DNA of 64,000 bases from Camelus dromedarius (taxonomy: Eukaryota). Both the position numbers and the translations under genes were made by a program. The notes below the pieces were generated by a model. The model was not told the DNA's origin. It saw only the letters and a program-made list of their open reading frames with translations, and did no database searches. Where the stretch lies: positions 100,008,001 to 100,072,000 of the forward strand of contig NC_087436.1 of the NCBI RefSeq assembly GCF_036321535.1. The letters are read 5' to 3'. Positions 39,351 to 53,696 of this stretch are shown one piece after another (position 1 is the stretch's first letter; each line of letters begins with the position of its first letter).

Positions 39351-39859
39351 AAATATTTCAACTTTCCTGCCATGTTTTCCCTGATGAGGGACCAATTTGA
39401 TTCCTTAAAATATTATTCAATTTGCAATAAAAATTACTTTGGATTTCATTTGAGGAAGTTAGAGATGAAGAAAAAAAGAAAGCATTTTCTCTGATGCTAA
39501 GTATACTACCAACTTAAATAAAATAATTAAAATATATATGATAATGTCATATAATATATGGTAATATTACAATATATACATATTATATATACATATACAT
39601 ATTATATATAAACATTTATATATATAAACATTTAAACAACAGGCCATTGTAAATGTTCTTTGAAAATAAGGCTTCTGATTATTTTTAATGTTTAGAGCTC
39701 TCACTGAAAATGCTAAATCATGTATAAACACATTCTAAGTTTTGTTGCAGGTTCAATAGAATTCAGAAAGCATGACTATAACTTCAAATTGCAAGGATAG
39801 AACTACATGTCAATCTTAGATGAATCAAAAGAATATCAACAATTTTTCAAAACTGACTT

Positions 39860-40890
39860 ACTGAATTAATATTTATTAAGTGATTATTATATGTGAGGCA
39901 TAATTCTGAATGCTAGGGATAAAACAAAAATGTCTGGCTTCATGGAGCTTATATTTCACTTGGAGAGCTAAATAATAAAAATTTTTAAATGATTATGTTA
40001 AAAGAGGATGAATGCTATGGAAGAAAATAAAGCAGAGAATGGAGATAGGGACTCACCCTCACTACCTCCCCAGCCCACATCCTCTGTGAACACATTGCCA
40101 GAAAGCTTTCACTGAGATGGAGGTATTTGATCAAAGTCTTGAAGGAGGTAATGGAGAAAACTACTAAAAACTATGGCGCAAGAGAAAGCAAGGGTGACAG
40201 TAAGGCTCAGTGAAGTAGAAGGCATGTCTAGGATGGAAAAGATCTCAGATGGAAGAAGCATTTTATGCCATGAAGATAGTGTCAGCTCTACACTGCAGCT
40301 GGAGAATCTGGAACAGCGGAGTGACACGGTGAGGAGATTATCCTGCTCCTGTACTGACAACAGACAGAGGGGAGAAGGCTGGAAGCAGGGAAGCCAGTCA
40401 GGAGGCTGTGGGATAATCAAGAATCTAGATAGCACTGCCTTTGGTCCCACTGTTTGGGATGGATGCAGGTAGTAAGTCATTGAAAGAAACTGGTTGTATT
40501 TTCAAGGTTGAGGCAACAGGATTTGCTGAAGAAATTGACATAGAGTGTGAGAGGAAAAAATCAAGGACAATTAAATGATCTCCTTGTTATCAATGGAGAA
40601 TATGGTATTCCCAACTTCAGTTCGACGAGGAGACTGGATTCAGGGGAAAATTTCAGGCTTAATGTGGGAAATGTGAACACAAGTAAGATATGAAGCTGTA
40701 GGGAGGTAACTTTTTTTCTTGGGTTAGAGAAATTAGGGCGTGTTTTATGCTGAGGTTAAGGAGTCAGTAAAAAAAGGGGAAAAAATGGATCAGAGGAGAG
40801 ATGGGAAAATTGCCTGAGAAATATCCCTGTGGAGGACAGCACAGATGGGATGTAATGTGTAAGTGTGGGTTTTGGACTTGAAGAAGAGCA
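39860..40890 (-). mobile_element. L2 (L2a-like) 3' portion
   Basis: ATATTTATTAAGTG...TGCTAGGGATA...CTTCATGGAGCTTATATT start, with CAACAGGATTTGCTGA...GAGTGTGAGAGG internally. Confidence 0.8.
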
Positions 40891-40984
40891 CAGAAACCCA
40901 GTGGGCAGCTGTGTTTTCATCTTAATTGGTCTTTCAGGAGCACTTTTCTTGAAATGTCCCTACTGAAATATCTTCCCAATGCTT

Positions 40985-41965
40985 TTCTTTTTTGAAGCAT
41001 ATGTTATGTACTTTGAAATGAACAGATATTAAATAAAAGCACTATAGGTTTTGATGGATGCATACACCCATGCAAAGTGTGCTTTTATTAAAATATAGAC
41101 ATGACACCCTTTGTCTCAGTTTCCATTCGGTAATCTCCCCATTCTCACCAAATCCCTAGAAGCAACTTCTATTCTGCCTTCTTTCACCACATAACAGCTT
41201 CATCAGTTTTAAATTTCAGATAAATAGAATGATAAAGTACGAACTCTTCTGCTTCTGGTGTCTTTTACGCAGCTTAATGCCTTGGGATTTATACATGTTA
41301 CTGCATGAATCAGTGACTTGTCCTTTTTATTCCAGAATTGTAGTCCATTGTATGAATACACACATTTTATTTATCTATACCTAATGATGAATATTTGGGT
41401 TGTTCTCTGTTTTTTTGGTGATTATGAAAGAATTGGCTAGAAATATTGTTGTAAAATTTTTATATTGGTGTATGATTTCATTTCTCCTGGATAAGCACTT
41501 AGCATTGGAAAGGTTGAGTTATAAGAAAGATATATTTTTAACTTTATAATAAATTATCATACTGTTTTCTATAATGATTGTTTTACACTCTATGTAGGAG
41601 AATTCTGTTACATTCCTCAGCATCACTCAGATGGTTGTGTTGCACTATCTTGTTATGGATTTAATTGCATTTCACTGAAGATGTTGAATACTTTTTCATA
41701 TTTACCTATTTTCCATTCTCCTTGGTGAAGTGTTTCTCCAGATCATTTTAATTGTTGTTGCTGTGGTTCATTTTCTAGTTTGTCTTTTTAACATTGGAGG
41801 TTTGTTTGTTTGCTTGTTTTTATTTTTTTGCTTTATGCACAATACATATTTTGGAATTCAGACATATGTATTATAAACATTTCTTCCAGTCTATTGCTTG
41901 CCTATTCACTTTCTTTAAATGTATCTTTCAAAAAGCAGATGTTTCAATTCTGATAAAGCCTGATT
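40985..41965 (-). mobile_element. Old L1M (L1MD/ME-like) 3' fragment
   Basis: TTGTAGTCCATTGTATGAATACAC, TATTTGGGTTGTT and GATGTTGAATACTTTTTCATAT. Confidence 0.75.
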
Positions 41966-43174
41966 TTTCCCGCTCTGAAACAATAAAGTGCTCTTCTGTG
42001 ACTCTGAGAATGGAGGAAAGAATGTCGTGGAGCTGTTTTGCATGAGAGGTGCAGGAGCTGGGGCCACCGTCTGCTGTCAAACCATGATCAGAGCAATTTG
42101 GCAGTTGGATAAATTTGAGGTGTTTGCAACATTTGGCGAGAGCTACAACAACGTGTTTTCCTGTGGAGTAAAGGTCACCAATGCCCCTTCCTCCTCCACG
42201 GCTCCCAGAGTCTAAGGTGCTCATCCTTAGGTGCCCGGTCCTTCTCTGCCTCAACCCCAAGAGATTCAGTTCCTTCTGCCTGGACTGTTCTTTTTGCTTA
42301 ATCTCCTTTGCAGTGACACCAAACTTAAACTCAAAGATCATTTACTCCAAAAAACTTTTCCTTGAGCTGCCCTCACTCCCCGAAAAAACATCCTCCCTAA
42401 CCCCTACCACCATAATTTAGTCCTCTGGGCACTTTGTATTATCTTTAAAAAAAAAATCTCTATTTCTTCTATTCTGTTTCAGAATCATGTTAGATTTGTC
42501 TTTCACTTTGTTTCCAAATCAAAGCAGCATTTCATTTTCATTCTTTTCTAATTTTCATTTTTGTTTAAAAAAAAAAGTCTTCTCAAACTCCATTTGCATA
42601 AATGTAGTTTAGAGTTACTTCCTTTTAATTGAAAATATGGTATAGGGAAATATGTGATTTCAGCAAATAAAGGGCCAGACTAGAACCATAAAAAGTCATA
42701 ACAGAATAGGTAAATAATTTACTTCTGCATTTTAGGGATCTAAATAAAAATGGAGGCAAATCAGTTATTATTTTATTGGATATATTTGTGAGTTTTTAAT
42801 CATATGTCAAAATACACATACATTACAAGCTTTGAGAAATATTTCATTGTAGATTAAGTTTTTCTTAAATTGCTGAATTTATAATTATGCTGTTTAAAAA
42901 GAAGTACACATAAACACTCTTAACTTTACGTGCACACACACACCCTTTGAACAATATTTTCCTAAGATACTTTTCTGATTCCATAAAGCAGTGTTCACTG
43001 AATTAATTCAAATCAAATCTGAGGTAAATCAAAATAGTCATTAGATTTATCAACTTATACAATGAGAAACATGTTCGATTATCCCAAAGTTCCATTTGCC
43101 ATAAAAGCAGGAAGATGGAAAATGGCACAAAATTCTCATTGTAAATGGAGAATCTGTAGAAAAAGATAATATAT

Positions 43175-44562
43175 TACTTCTACCTCTAAAGCTACCAAAC
43201 TCCAGTCTGTCATATAAAGAGCTTGGAAGTCATCACCCGCTCCTTACAACCAGAAAAAGCTAAACAAACTGAAAATCAACAGCTCTTAGATCCATCAGAG
43301 AATTGAGGTCCCAGGGCAAACTTCTGCTGTAAAAATTGGAGAGACAGACCAGCACAGAGAACCAGAGCTTATGAGAGAAGCCCCCCACAGAAGCCCACAG
43401 CTGGAACGCTAAACTCTAAGTGATAAATTGCTGGAGGCTTAGTGCAGACCAGTTTGGGACTTAAAAGACTTCGAGGGGCCCAGCCTTAGGGAGGCCTCCA
43501 GAATTTCAGGCGTTAACCACCAGGAGGGCTACCAGACTCTCACTCTGAACACGCGAGACAAACCTCCTGGTTCCAGCAGAGATTGGAGAGGAAGGAGCCG
43601 ATTTGAGATAGTATAATGCCCTCTGCTTTTCTTAACGAGACTTACCATTTAAGGAGAATGTTTTATGAGAGCCTGACCAACTGAGATTTTACCAAAGACG
43701 ACCCAACCTGTGGGAAGAGAAAAATCCAACTCCAGCCTTTGACGTGGAGAAAGGGAGATACCCAACTCAGGTTCAGTAAGACACTTAACAAATTTTAGGG
43801 TTGTAGAGCACTCCCCTCTCCTAACACTTAAACCACCATATCAGTAAGTATCCTTTCTAACAACAGGGGATTACAGATTAAACAAACGAACAAACAAAGC
43901 CACATCTAAGTCTCGGACCCTATTTAAGGACTCTCTAGGAAAATCCAAAGAAAACAAGAGAGATACAAACAAAGATATTAGAGAAAGTTTTAGCCTCTGA
44001 CACTGACGGGTAAAGCAAACAGTAAACACCTCCTAACCCCTAGCCAGATAAGCAGAAAAATCTCACATAAAAGGCCTATCTACCTCAATTCTTTTACTGG
44101 ATACATCAAGTCTGGCTTTGAGCAAAAAATAGCAAGGCAGGCTAAGATACAGGAATACAGTTTGAGGAAATGAAGCAAGCATCAGGATCCAAACTCGGAT
44201 ATGGCAAGAGTTTTTTCTTTGAATTATCAGAACAGGAATTTAAAATGACTATGATTAATATGCTAAGAACATACCAAATTGGTAAAGCCTCTTTGGAATA
44301 CAACTTGTACCAGTTTCTTATGAAGCTAAACATAAGCTAAATATAGAATGTAGCAATCACTGTGGTAGGTATTTACCCAGATGAGTTGAAAATGCATGTC
44401 TTCCAAAAAACCTACCTATAAATTAATAAAAGCTTTATTGTTAATCGCCAAAAGTTGGAAGCAACCAAGATATCCTTCAATAGATGAATGGATAAACAAA
44501 CTGTGGTACATTCATACAAAGCAATATTACTCAGCAACAAAGGGAAATGAGCTATTATGCCA

Positions 44563-44603
<41 letters not shown>

Positions 44604-45095
44604 CCCACACAAATGGTGGAAACTTAAATGCTTCTTGCTAAGAGAAAGAGGCCACCCTGAAAAGGCTACGTAGTGAATAATTTCAAGCACGTGACATTCT
44701 GGAAAAGGCAAAACTGTAAAAGATGAGTGGTTGCCAGAGATTACAGGGAGGGAAAGAAGGATTAATAGGTATAGTATAGGGGATTTTTAGGGTCGTGAAA
44801 CTTTTCTGTTTGACACTGTAATGGTGGATTCATGACATTTATGCATTTGGCAGACCTTACAGAATTCATCAGTATAAAAAGTGAATTCCAACATAAACTA
44901 TGGACTTTAGTGAATAATAATACATTAGTGTTGGTTTTTCAGTTGTAACAAGCATACCACATCAGTGCAATATGTTAACAGTAGGTGGCACTGTGTTGGG
45001 GGGTATTGGGAGTATATGGGAACTATTTGGACTTCCTGTTAATTTTTCTGTAAACCTTAAACTTCTCTGGGAAGTAAAGTCTTAATTTTTCAAAA
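43175..45095 (+). mobile_element. Internally deleted L1MC-like element: 5'UTR and ORF1 start joined to ORF2 C-terminus/3'UTR
   Basis: 5' end GAGCTTGGAAGTCATCAC...AACAAACTGAAAATCAAC. ORF1-like ELSEQEFKMTMINMLR at about 44221-44270, abutting CAAATTGGTAAAGCCTCTTTGGAA and a complete L1MC 3'UTR. Confidence 0.75.
44566..44602. repeat. (CA)n microsatellite within L1MC
   Basis: Seen directly. Confidence 0.97.
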
Positions 45096-45879
45096 ATGAA
45101 AAGAAGAGTGACTTTAGGATAAGCTGTGGAATGTTTGTTCTTCACTTCAAGTGCATAATGAAATCAACAGAAACTAGTTTGGCATTACTAAGACACAGGA
45201 ATTGACTATTATCATGGCTCTCTTTCTCCCAGATTTGATAAAATTACATGGATAAACATACTTTTTTTTTCCAATCAGAAAGTCTTCTTTATCAAAGTTT
45301 TTAATCAAGGTTTAATCAAATCTATTTTATAATGTTAATTTCTGTTGTTAAATAAGTAAGAATAAAACAAGTGTCTTTATTAGGATGTATGAAAGTTTTC
45401 CGTGTTTTAAGTTTCCCTTTCAGTATTTATGAACAACAGTGCATAATAAAAATACAGCGGAAAATAAGTTGGTGATAGAGATTTAATTTTTAATTATTTT
45501 AATATAAATATATATATTTATGAATTTTAAGTTAATTATTTTAATATATAAAATATTTTAATACATATGCTAATGTATATGTATTAAATATATATGCATT
45601 TAATATTAAGGTGATATTTATTGCATTTTTATTAGAAAAATGATCTCTGTGCTATCTTAATTTTTTGAAGTTTGTAAAAATTAAACTTACAAATAGTGTT
45701 TATTCAATTTCTGTCAATTTTGTAAGTGTTTCTTCTTACAAGGTGGATAGACATACATGCACATGTTTAAGGTTATTAATTGTGCTAGTAAATATTTTAA
45801 ATGATTAACTTTTTGCTTCTTTGTGGTGTAGGATAAGGGTATCAAATGGGTGTACATACATATATAATCCATTACAAAT

Positions 45880-47850
45880 TATTAAAACAAGCATTGTCTC
45901 CACTTTTCTATAATATCATCTTTTCATCATTCAAAGACTATATGTTATGGGTGGTTTCTGGGTTGTTTGTTTTATTTCAGTGATTGATTCTTTTCTTTCT
46001 CTTTCAGCTCCAGCAACACTCCACCTTAATTTTTGTAGCTTTATAATGTCTTGGTATCTCATAGAGAAATCTCTCATCCTCATTTTTCACTTCAATATTG
46101 TCTTTTCTATCCTTGACTATTGAATTTAATATAATTACTAATGTCAATTTCACAAAATTTTTTGTCTTTCAGATTATATTAAAACTCAAGTTCAATTTGG
46201 TGATTTTTTTTTTTAATGAGAAAAATGACTGTGCATTCCTTCCTTTTCAGGTCTTACACCTATTGTTTCCCTTTTCATGACCTATCACTAGTTAAGATCT
46301 CCAACCCAATGTTGAATAGAAATGTTGATGGTGGATGTCCATATCTTGTTCACATCTCAAAATGAAAGTTTAAATATTTTATTAACAAGTATGATATTTT
46401 CTCTAGTTATGTTGTAGATCTACTTTGTGGCTGCAATTGCTAGGCATTCAAAATTGTATCCTCTCTTCTAATTGGGCACAGAGCTATTGTACATGTACCA
46501 GTTTTACTTAACCTTGGGAGAAACTTACTTTGGTCTAAATGGTTATAGAGTAAGTGATGTGCTCCACTCTGTGGCTTAGCACATGAGAGCTAACATAATC
46601 ATTTTGTTTCTTTGTTTCTTGAAATTGAAAGTAAAGAGCATAGAGTATGTTTGAGAAATATAATAAAATAGAACAGGGTTCCTAAATCCCCACTTTGAGA
46701 AGAGCCTCCCAGAAGAATCCTCTGATAAGGAGCCTGTATACTTAACTATTATACAAACAAGAAAAATTATATTCTTTAATCACTTAAATTTGGTGATAGT
46801 TTTCTAAAGGAGTTAACTTACCCTTACAAACAAATCTCTATCAATGCAAAAAAGTCCCCTTCTGTTACTGATTTGCTAGAAGGTTTAATCAAGTATGGAG
46901 GTTGAATTTCATCAATCACTTTTTCTGCATCTATTGAGATTATCATATAACATTTCTCTTTTAACTGTTAATTTGATGGACTGCATACACTGATTTTCTA
47001 AAGTTAAATGATGTTAAGTATTTCCTATAAGCTTAACTTGATCTTCATAATATTTATATGCTATAGATAGCATATTTTCTTGGACTAATTTTCTTGGTTT
47101 ATTAATAATAAGTTCATGCTTTTTTTATTCCATGTTCATGAAGGAAACCACTATTTAATTTTCATTTCTTATACTGTTCTGATAATAAGATATGTTAAGT
47201 TATAAATGATTTGAGAGAAAATTGGGAACACATTTGATATATTTGGAGCTATTAATTAAAAGTTTATGTATAGTCACCAGAAACTCTATTTGTACCAGTT
47301 TTATATTTGAGAAATAAATCACTTGGTTGTTGACACAGATTGTTTGGTACATTAGAATATTTGTCTTTTCAGTTTCTTCTTATGTAATCTTTGGCATGTT
47401 TCATTGTTCTGTGGAGTTTTATCTTTCATATACATATTTAAAATTATATATATCACCTATGTTTTATATTATTTGAAATATAATTATTGATGGTATCCAC
47501 TTTTATTGTATTATTGAAGTAGTACTTAATGCACATATTTAACTATTGTGTATAAAAACTTGTACCATCACATAGATCAAAATATGTAATTTATTTGATA
47601 TCTCAACAAGCTCTTTCATGGCCCTTACCAGGCAAATATCTTTAGATATCTAGCAATATAGATTTTCCACAGTTTTGAACTTCATACAGTGAACTCATAC
47701 AACATGTGCCTTTTGAGTTTGTCTTCCTTTACTCAATATTATGCCTGTAAGATTCTTCATATTCTTGAGTATAGCAGTCATTCATCCTCTTTAAAATTTT
47801 TTTTGAATAATTTTCCATAGAATAAATTTATCATAATATATGTTTAGAGA
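45880..47850 (-). mobile_element. Old L1ME-like fragments, split by a MaLR LTR
   Basis: CAATGTTGAATAGAAATGTTGA...ATCTTGTTC (46308) continues after the LTR as TCTGTTACTGATTTGCTAGA...TTTTCTGCATCTATTGAGAT (46861-46940). Confidence 0.7.
46426..46828 (+). mobile_element. Degraded MaLR LTR (MLT1I/J-like) nested in L1
   Basis: TG...CA ends, AGTAAGTGATGTGCTCCACT and GGGTTCCTAAATCCCCACTTTGAGAAGAGC motifs; interrupts collinear L1 sequence. Confidence 0.55.
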
Positions 47851-48709
47851 CCTTACCTAAAACCTTTATTAACTGGATTGCTGTGGGACTCTTTCTATTG
47901 TCTGTTGTTTCACTTGACTTTTGCACACATTTTCTAGTTTCCTGTTCTTGCATGGTTATATCTGAGAGAGAGCCTAAGCAACTGTCTGAAATTTGTTCTC
48001 AGTTTGATGTTGAACTAAATACCTACATTTCTTATTTTCTTCCTCTCTCACTTTCCTTGTTTTCTTTCCTTCCATTTTTTTTTTGCAAGATTTCAAAATG
48101 CTGTTTGAAATAACTGACAAAATGTATACAATAGGATAGGATCGTAAACAAATATGAACCTCAAAGAAAATAAAAGTAACAATTAAGGGCTACTACTCTA
48201 CTCTGGCTTAGGTAATTTTCATGACTTCAGTATCCCATATGATGTCATGTACACATGTAGGATCTGGTATTTACAATTCCAATTATGCTTGAAAGATGTC
48301 ATTTCTAGTTCCCCTCCATCTGTGACAGCAGGTTTTCGTATCAAAATGAGATACAGATTATGAGGTGTAGTATGTTATCTTTATATAAACATGGTATTCA
48401 TTTAACAACATCAGGCTGTTAAATTAGCTAATAAATTATATAAATATAGATGTATATATCCTTAGAATATTGATCCTTATTTTAATATCTATTTCTTTGT
48501 TTTAATTTTTTAAATTAAAAATTCAATATATTTTTTTAAAAATAGTATTTCATGTTGTATATAAATACAAAAAACTTACATGAGATCACAATATTTAATT
48601 CTCCAATTTAGTTTTTTTTTTCCCCAAAATAAAGGAAATTATATCAGGTCATGCAAAAGCAGAGATTTGAGTCTGGTGAAACATGAGAGTTTATGCTTAG
48701 AAGATGCTT

Positions 48710-48940
48710 TAAAATACTGATATTCAGACTAAATAGACCTAAGTAAAAGCTCTGCTTTTTAATTTATTAATTGTATGACTTTAGCCAATGTTCTTTCTGA
48801 CTCAGACTCCAAATATGGAAAATGATGATAAAATTCTCTATGTCATAGAACTGTGAGGAGAATTAAAGAGATAATATATGCAAAAAGCTTTGCCCAATGC
48901 CTGGGGTACCGAAGGCCTTAGTCAATGGTCTTTATTAATA
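48710..48940 (+). mobile_element. MIR
   Basis: TGTATGACTTTAGCCAA...AAAATGATGATAAA...TGAGGAGAATTAAAGAGATAATATATG...TGCCTGG. Confidence 0.75.
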
Positions 48941-51900
48941 TTCACAAAATTACCTAGGTTTGGTATTACTTGTTGATTTCATTCATACAAGATCCTCCAT
49001 TATCTAGGGGGAATTTTGAACTATGTGCTTTAGGACAATATTATAATTATTATTATGCTAAAAAAAATTTCACTGCTGTAAGTTGTAAATTTCAGAGACA
49101 CATGGCATAATTTTCAATTATCTGGAAAAAAGTTGCTAAGTACAGTGAAAATTTAAGCAGTTGGAAATGGAGGCTGCAAGTAACCAGCTTTACCCAGCAA
49201 GATATACCAAGTTGGTTAGTACTGTTTCCTTTGACCTAGTGCCCTTGTGGTTCTTTTCCCTTCTCCTTCAAACAGGCAAACCCATTCACATTCAATATAT
49301 TTTTCTGGGATTTATACATCATTATTTTAAAAATACTAGGTAAAATACATTAGAACAGAGAACTTAAAGAAAAGGCATAACTCCTGACAAAACTATAGAA
49401 AAGTAATGATAAACTGTTGGGGAAAATATGTCAGATAAAGTTGATAGTCACCTCAGCATTCCCCAAAATATTATTATGTATATGGTTGATTGGCTCTGAG
49501 AACAAGTAACATGAGACTAAAAGACTCTTTTTCAATGATATCCAAAATGTTTGCTTAATTGTATAAATATACATTAACCTATTTCCACCATAAAATGATT
49601 ATAACTTAATTCTTTTATATTTAGTTTGTCTGGATTCTATACAGCTAATATTTTCCCTTTGGAGTCTTCAGTAGCAAGTGCTTAATATTCAACAATATTA
49701 CTTTAAAAAAAGGTTGTCTTTGGTAAAAGTTCTTTCTCCCACATGCATTTAATTTGTCCATGTGACCGTAATTATTGCCTTTGTGAAATCAGGCAACTTT
49801 TATGAGAAATTCAAAGCAACCAATGCTCACACACCTTGAATATTTTGTTCTTTTATTTACCCTGATTTTAAAGTACGAAATGTGGCTACCTAGCCTCACT
49901 CATCAAGTGTGTACTTCATTTTTAATAACATATTTCAATAACACTTCTGTAGCAGAGGCTTTTATTACATTTCTTTCCTAATTACAACTGCATTTCTCTG
50001 CGTTTAGCAGAACATGTTGAAATTATTAAAAATGATGATGCTTATTCTGCCTGCATCTTCAGTCATGTGTGAAGACTGTCACAGGGGAATGAACAAATTA
50101 CTTAATTAAACTTGTTTTATGTAAACCACTTTTATGAATGACTTTTAATTCCTGAAAATAATAAAAGTTGTATGTATTTGCAAAAATATTGCATGCTAAA
50201 TTAACTTATAATGGTCTTGTCGGATCCTAGAGCACTGGAAATATTTTACAAAAGTTTAACAGGCGTGAGCGCATCTCAGGTCACTAATGGAGTCTACTTA
50301 ATGTATGACTTGGGAAGGTTTTTTTTTACATTTTATGTAGATCAACCCCAAAATAGATATTTTTCTATATGATTAGTCATGCAGAGTGAATACAACTAAA
50401 TTAAATGGATAAAACAAGTTACATTTACTCTCATATAATATTATCTATACATAAATATATATCAATATGTAGCAAAAAGTACTATATCTTTATTTTGTGA
50501 GGAAAAGATCATAAAAAGGCCGCCTCCATTCTCAACCTCGTTCCCTTCCTTATAGTTTATAAACTGGTTATTTTCAGAGTCAGAGGAATGTGAATTGAGC
50601 AATTAAATGTTGATGAGAAACCAGAATTTAAAGGTATAATACTGGATATGCAACTCTACAGAGTACAAGGAATAATTTATTAAACATCACTGTCTTTCTT
50701 ATTTGGCAAGTTTCAATATATAAACAATATGGCAAGAAATATTGTCAAATAATAAGTTGCCATTTGGAGGACTATTTTTGCTTCATTTGTTAATGATTAA
50801 TGTACTTATACACTAGTTAGATTGACTCAAGTTTGAAATAACATACAGATGATTCATATGTCATACATTTTCTATTTTTACTTTGAAAAGATAGCACTTC
50901 TTTCATTCTATTCTGTTATATTGAGTCAAGGTAGATTTCACAGTCTTCTCAAAATAATACTTCCAGAAAATTTTGCCAATGCATTGGGATTGGAACATAA
51001 AATATAATTTACCTAGGAGAGTTTAAAGTAAATCAACTATTTATTTTATCCATTTCAAGGTGGAAAACAAATGCTTTTACTAATTATTTTACTGAATTAA
51101 CTACAGTAAAAAAATTTTTGAATTGGAAATTGTGTTTTAATAAACATTGTCACTATGTCTCCCATAAGATGTAGCTTGTTAATTATCAGGAGGTAGTGTA
51201 GAGAGGGAAGATATTTAAATCGCTGATTAATTAATTAATTTTATCATTTCCCCTAATATTACACATAGTATGTGAATTTTAATTTGTTTTGTGCAATGTA
51301 GATCCCATTAAGTTATTTAAGGTAGAGTTAGAAAACAGTATTAGAGTAATACATAATATTAAATTTATTACATAAAAATTCAGGTGCTGCTTCACACAAA
51401 ATGGATAAATTTATTTATTGTGTGATAAATACTTAACAATGCCCTATATGATCGCTTAATGTGTCCCTGAATTCACAATTCAGGAACAATTATGAAAATG
51501 ATAAATTGAATTATTATCATGCCCTTGGAAATTATTTCAGAGTAGAATCCTTTGCTATTTAGTCATTTTATAGTAAATTCACTTCCAGCAAAGTTTGCCT
51601 CTTTTTATACATTCCATACTTGGCCAATTATCTAATATAAAATTATATGTACTATAGACATACCTGTACTGGATGTTCCATGAGGTAGGAATAAAAACCA
51701 GATGATTATTAAATGATGTATGTTCTCTCACTGTCTTCATATTTCTTTGTGGAATGAAGTTTCAGAATATCAGCTTTTACTGTGAATATCAATAATTTTA
51801 AAAGTGTTTTACTTTTCAAAATATAATTATAATTATATTACCATTATAAAGTTAATATTACATAATTTTTAATATACTTGAACTTGAAGGCTCCTGTAAG

Positions 51901-53259
51901 ATCATCTAGAAGTCCAACCAAAGGTCAAGATAGAATTGAAATGTTTTTCTTTGCAAATCATAATAAACTTCCATTAGGAAAATATTTCTTTTCAAACTTT
52001 CTTTCAATTTGAAATTTTATTGCTATTCACTTTTAAAATTCATCATCATGTAACAAAGTGGTGGGAGTTTAGAGAGTGGAAAAAAAAAATCAGCAGTGGA
52101 AAAAATAAAACACTCCAGTATTCTTTAAAGTGAAATGGCAGTGAGTGAATCTGAGGCAAAAGCAATAAGGCAGATAAAGCTCTCATTAGTATAAATATGT
52201 TTGCTGTAACTAAAAGAAAAAAGTCCTTGTTTAGCTTTAAAACCTCAGACGATGCCTGCAAAGACCTGTTCTTAAATCTTTGCACTTACATCAAATTAAT
52301 TATTCATCACAATATAAATATGCCTAGAGTCATCAGCAGAAAGGTGTATGTTTATGTGTCAGAAAAACAGGAGATGTAGAAATGGAAGAGAAATAGGTAA
52401 TTATTTTTTGAAAGTTTAGAGTCCAAAAGCTCAGCTTACATTTTCTTTTCTCTGACACCCAAGATTCTTTCATTCCACTCACCCTCCGTTATTCAATAGA
52501 CAGAAAAGTATGAAATGAGTATTTTGATTTTGTGTGAGAAAACTCAGGCCTACAGGCCACCTGTAACTTAAAATCTAGCTCCTTTTAATTACCCTTCTTT
52601 TTGCTCTTTTTACTGGAATCTCCATCCTTGATTAGCTAGAGGGGGCATATCGAAAAAGAGAAAAAATGTTTTCCAAACTTCATACTTCTGTATTAGCTTC
52701 TCATTTAAGGTAGATTTTTCATCTGCTTAGGTCAGCATGGAGTAAACTGTTTTTGAAATGAGTTTTCACATTATTAAGACATTATTTTCCCCTTCCCTAT
52801 AACTGTAGCTACATTGAGTGGAAATAAAATCAGTTTTATAAGGAAATCTGTCCCTTTCTATCCACAAATATTGGTATACTGTAGTATCATTAAAAAAAAT
52901 TCTATCACTTGTATGAGCTTTACTCAAGTAACTGAAGTTCCTCCTTTGAATGTGAGAAGTAAAATATGAAAAATAGAATGTGGAATTCAGTGATATGTGA
53001 AATTCAGCTCAAAAATCACTGATTTATGCCAAAAATGTAAGGAAAAAGGAGAATGAAAAAACCTTGTGGTTTGTGTTATCTTATAATGAAATTTACCAAG
53101 GTTTCAATTCCTTCCAAAAATTACACCATGTTATTCAGCTGCTTATACAAAGCACAGGATATAATCCTTTCAAGAACTCTGAGCACATTAATTGCAAATG
53201 ATATTCCGTAATCCTTCTAACATATAGTTCATTTACAGCATCTACAAATCTGGGCTCAC

Positions 53260-53430
53260 ACTAAAAGTGCTCAGCCTAGGTCTGGCAGCCACTTGATCTA
53301 ATGCATTTCAGTAAGTAACTTTAGCATTCTGTTCTCATTTCCCTGGTTATAAAACAAGAATATTAAACTTTGCCTTGAGTTTTGTGAGAATTCATTATTT
53401 AATGTTTATAAAGTTCTTTCCAGCTCCAAA
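53260..53430 (+). mobile_element. MIR fragment
   Basis: CAGCCACTT...TAAGTAACTTTAGCATTCTGTTCTCATTTCCC...TATAAAA...TTGTGAGAATT. Confidence 0.55.
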
Positions 53431-53696
53431 ATAGAAAAGTCACAGAAGTTTTTCTTATATTCACAATGGATGTTCTCATAAATGCAAATCATGGAGGAAG
53501 TCGTATTATTAGCTGTAATCAAAAAATAAAGGAATGTGAAATGGAGTCAAAGGTAAAGACGATGTAATGCATAGCGTATATTTTAATGGTTAGAGGACTG
53601 AGTTTCCATGTTTTGTCATTTTTACCTCCAGCTATGCTAAATAACACAAATGTAAAGACTGTGTCAAGATGGTCTAACATGGAGAAGATAACTGTA

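Noticed and set aside
39530..39640. AT-rich quasi-palindromic tract (similar at 45480-45610)
   Set aside because: Low-complexity TA slippage sequence.
40109..40480. Overlapping 123-aa and 99-aa ORFs
   Set aside because: They lie within a decayed L2 element.
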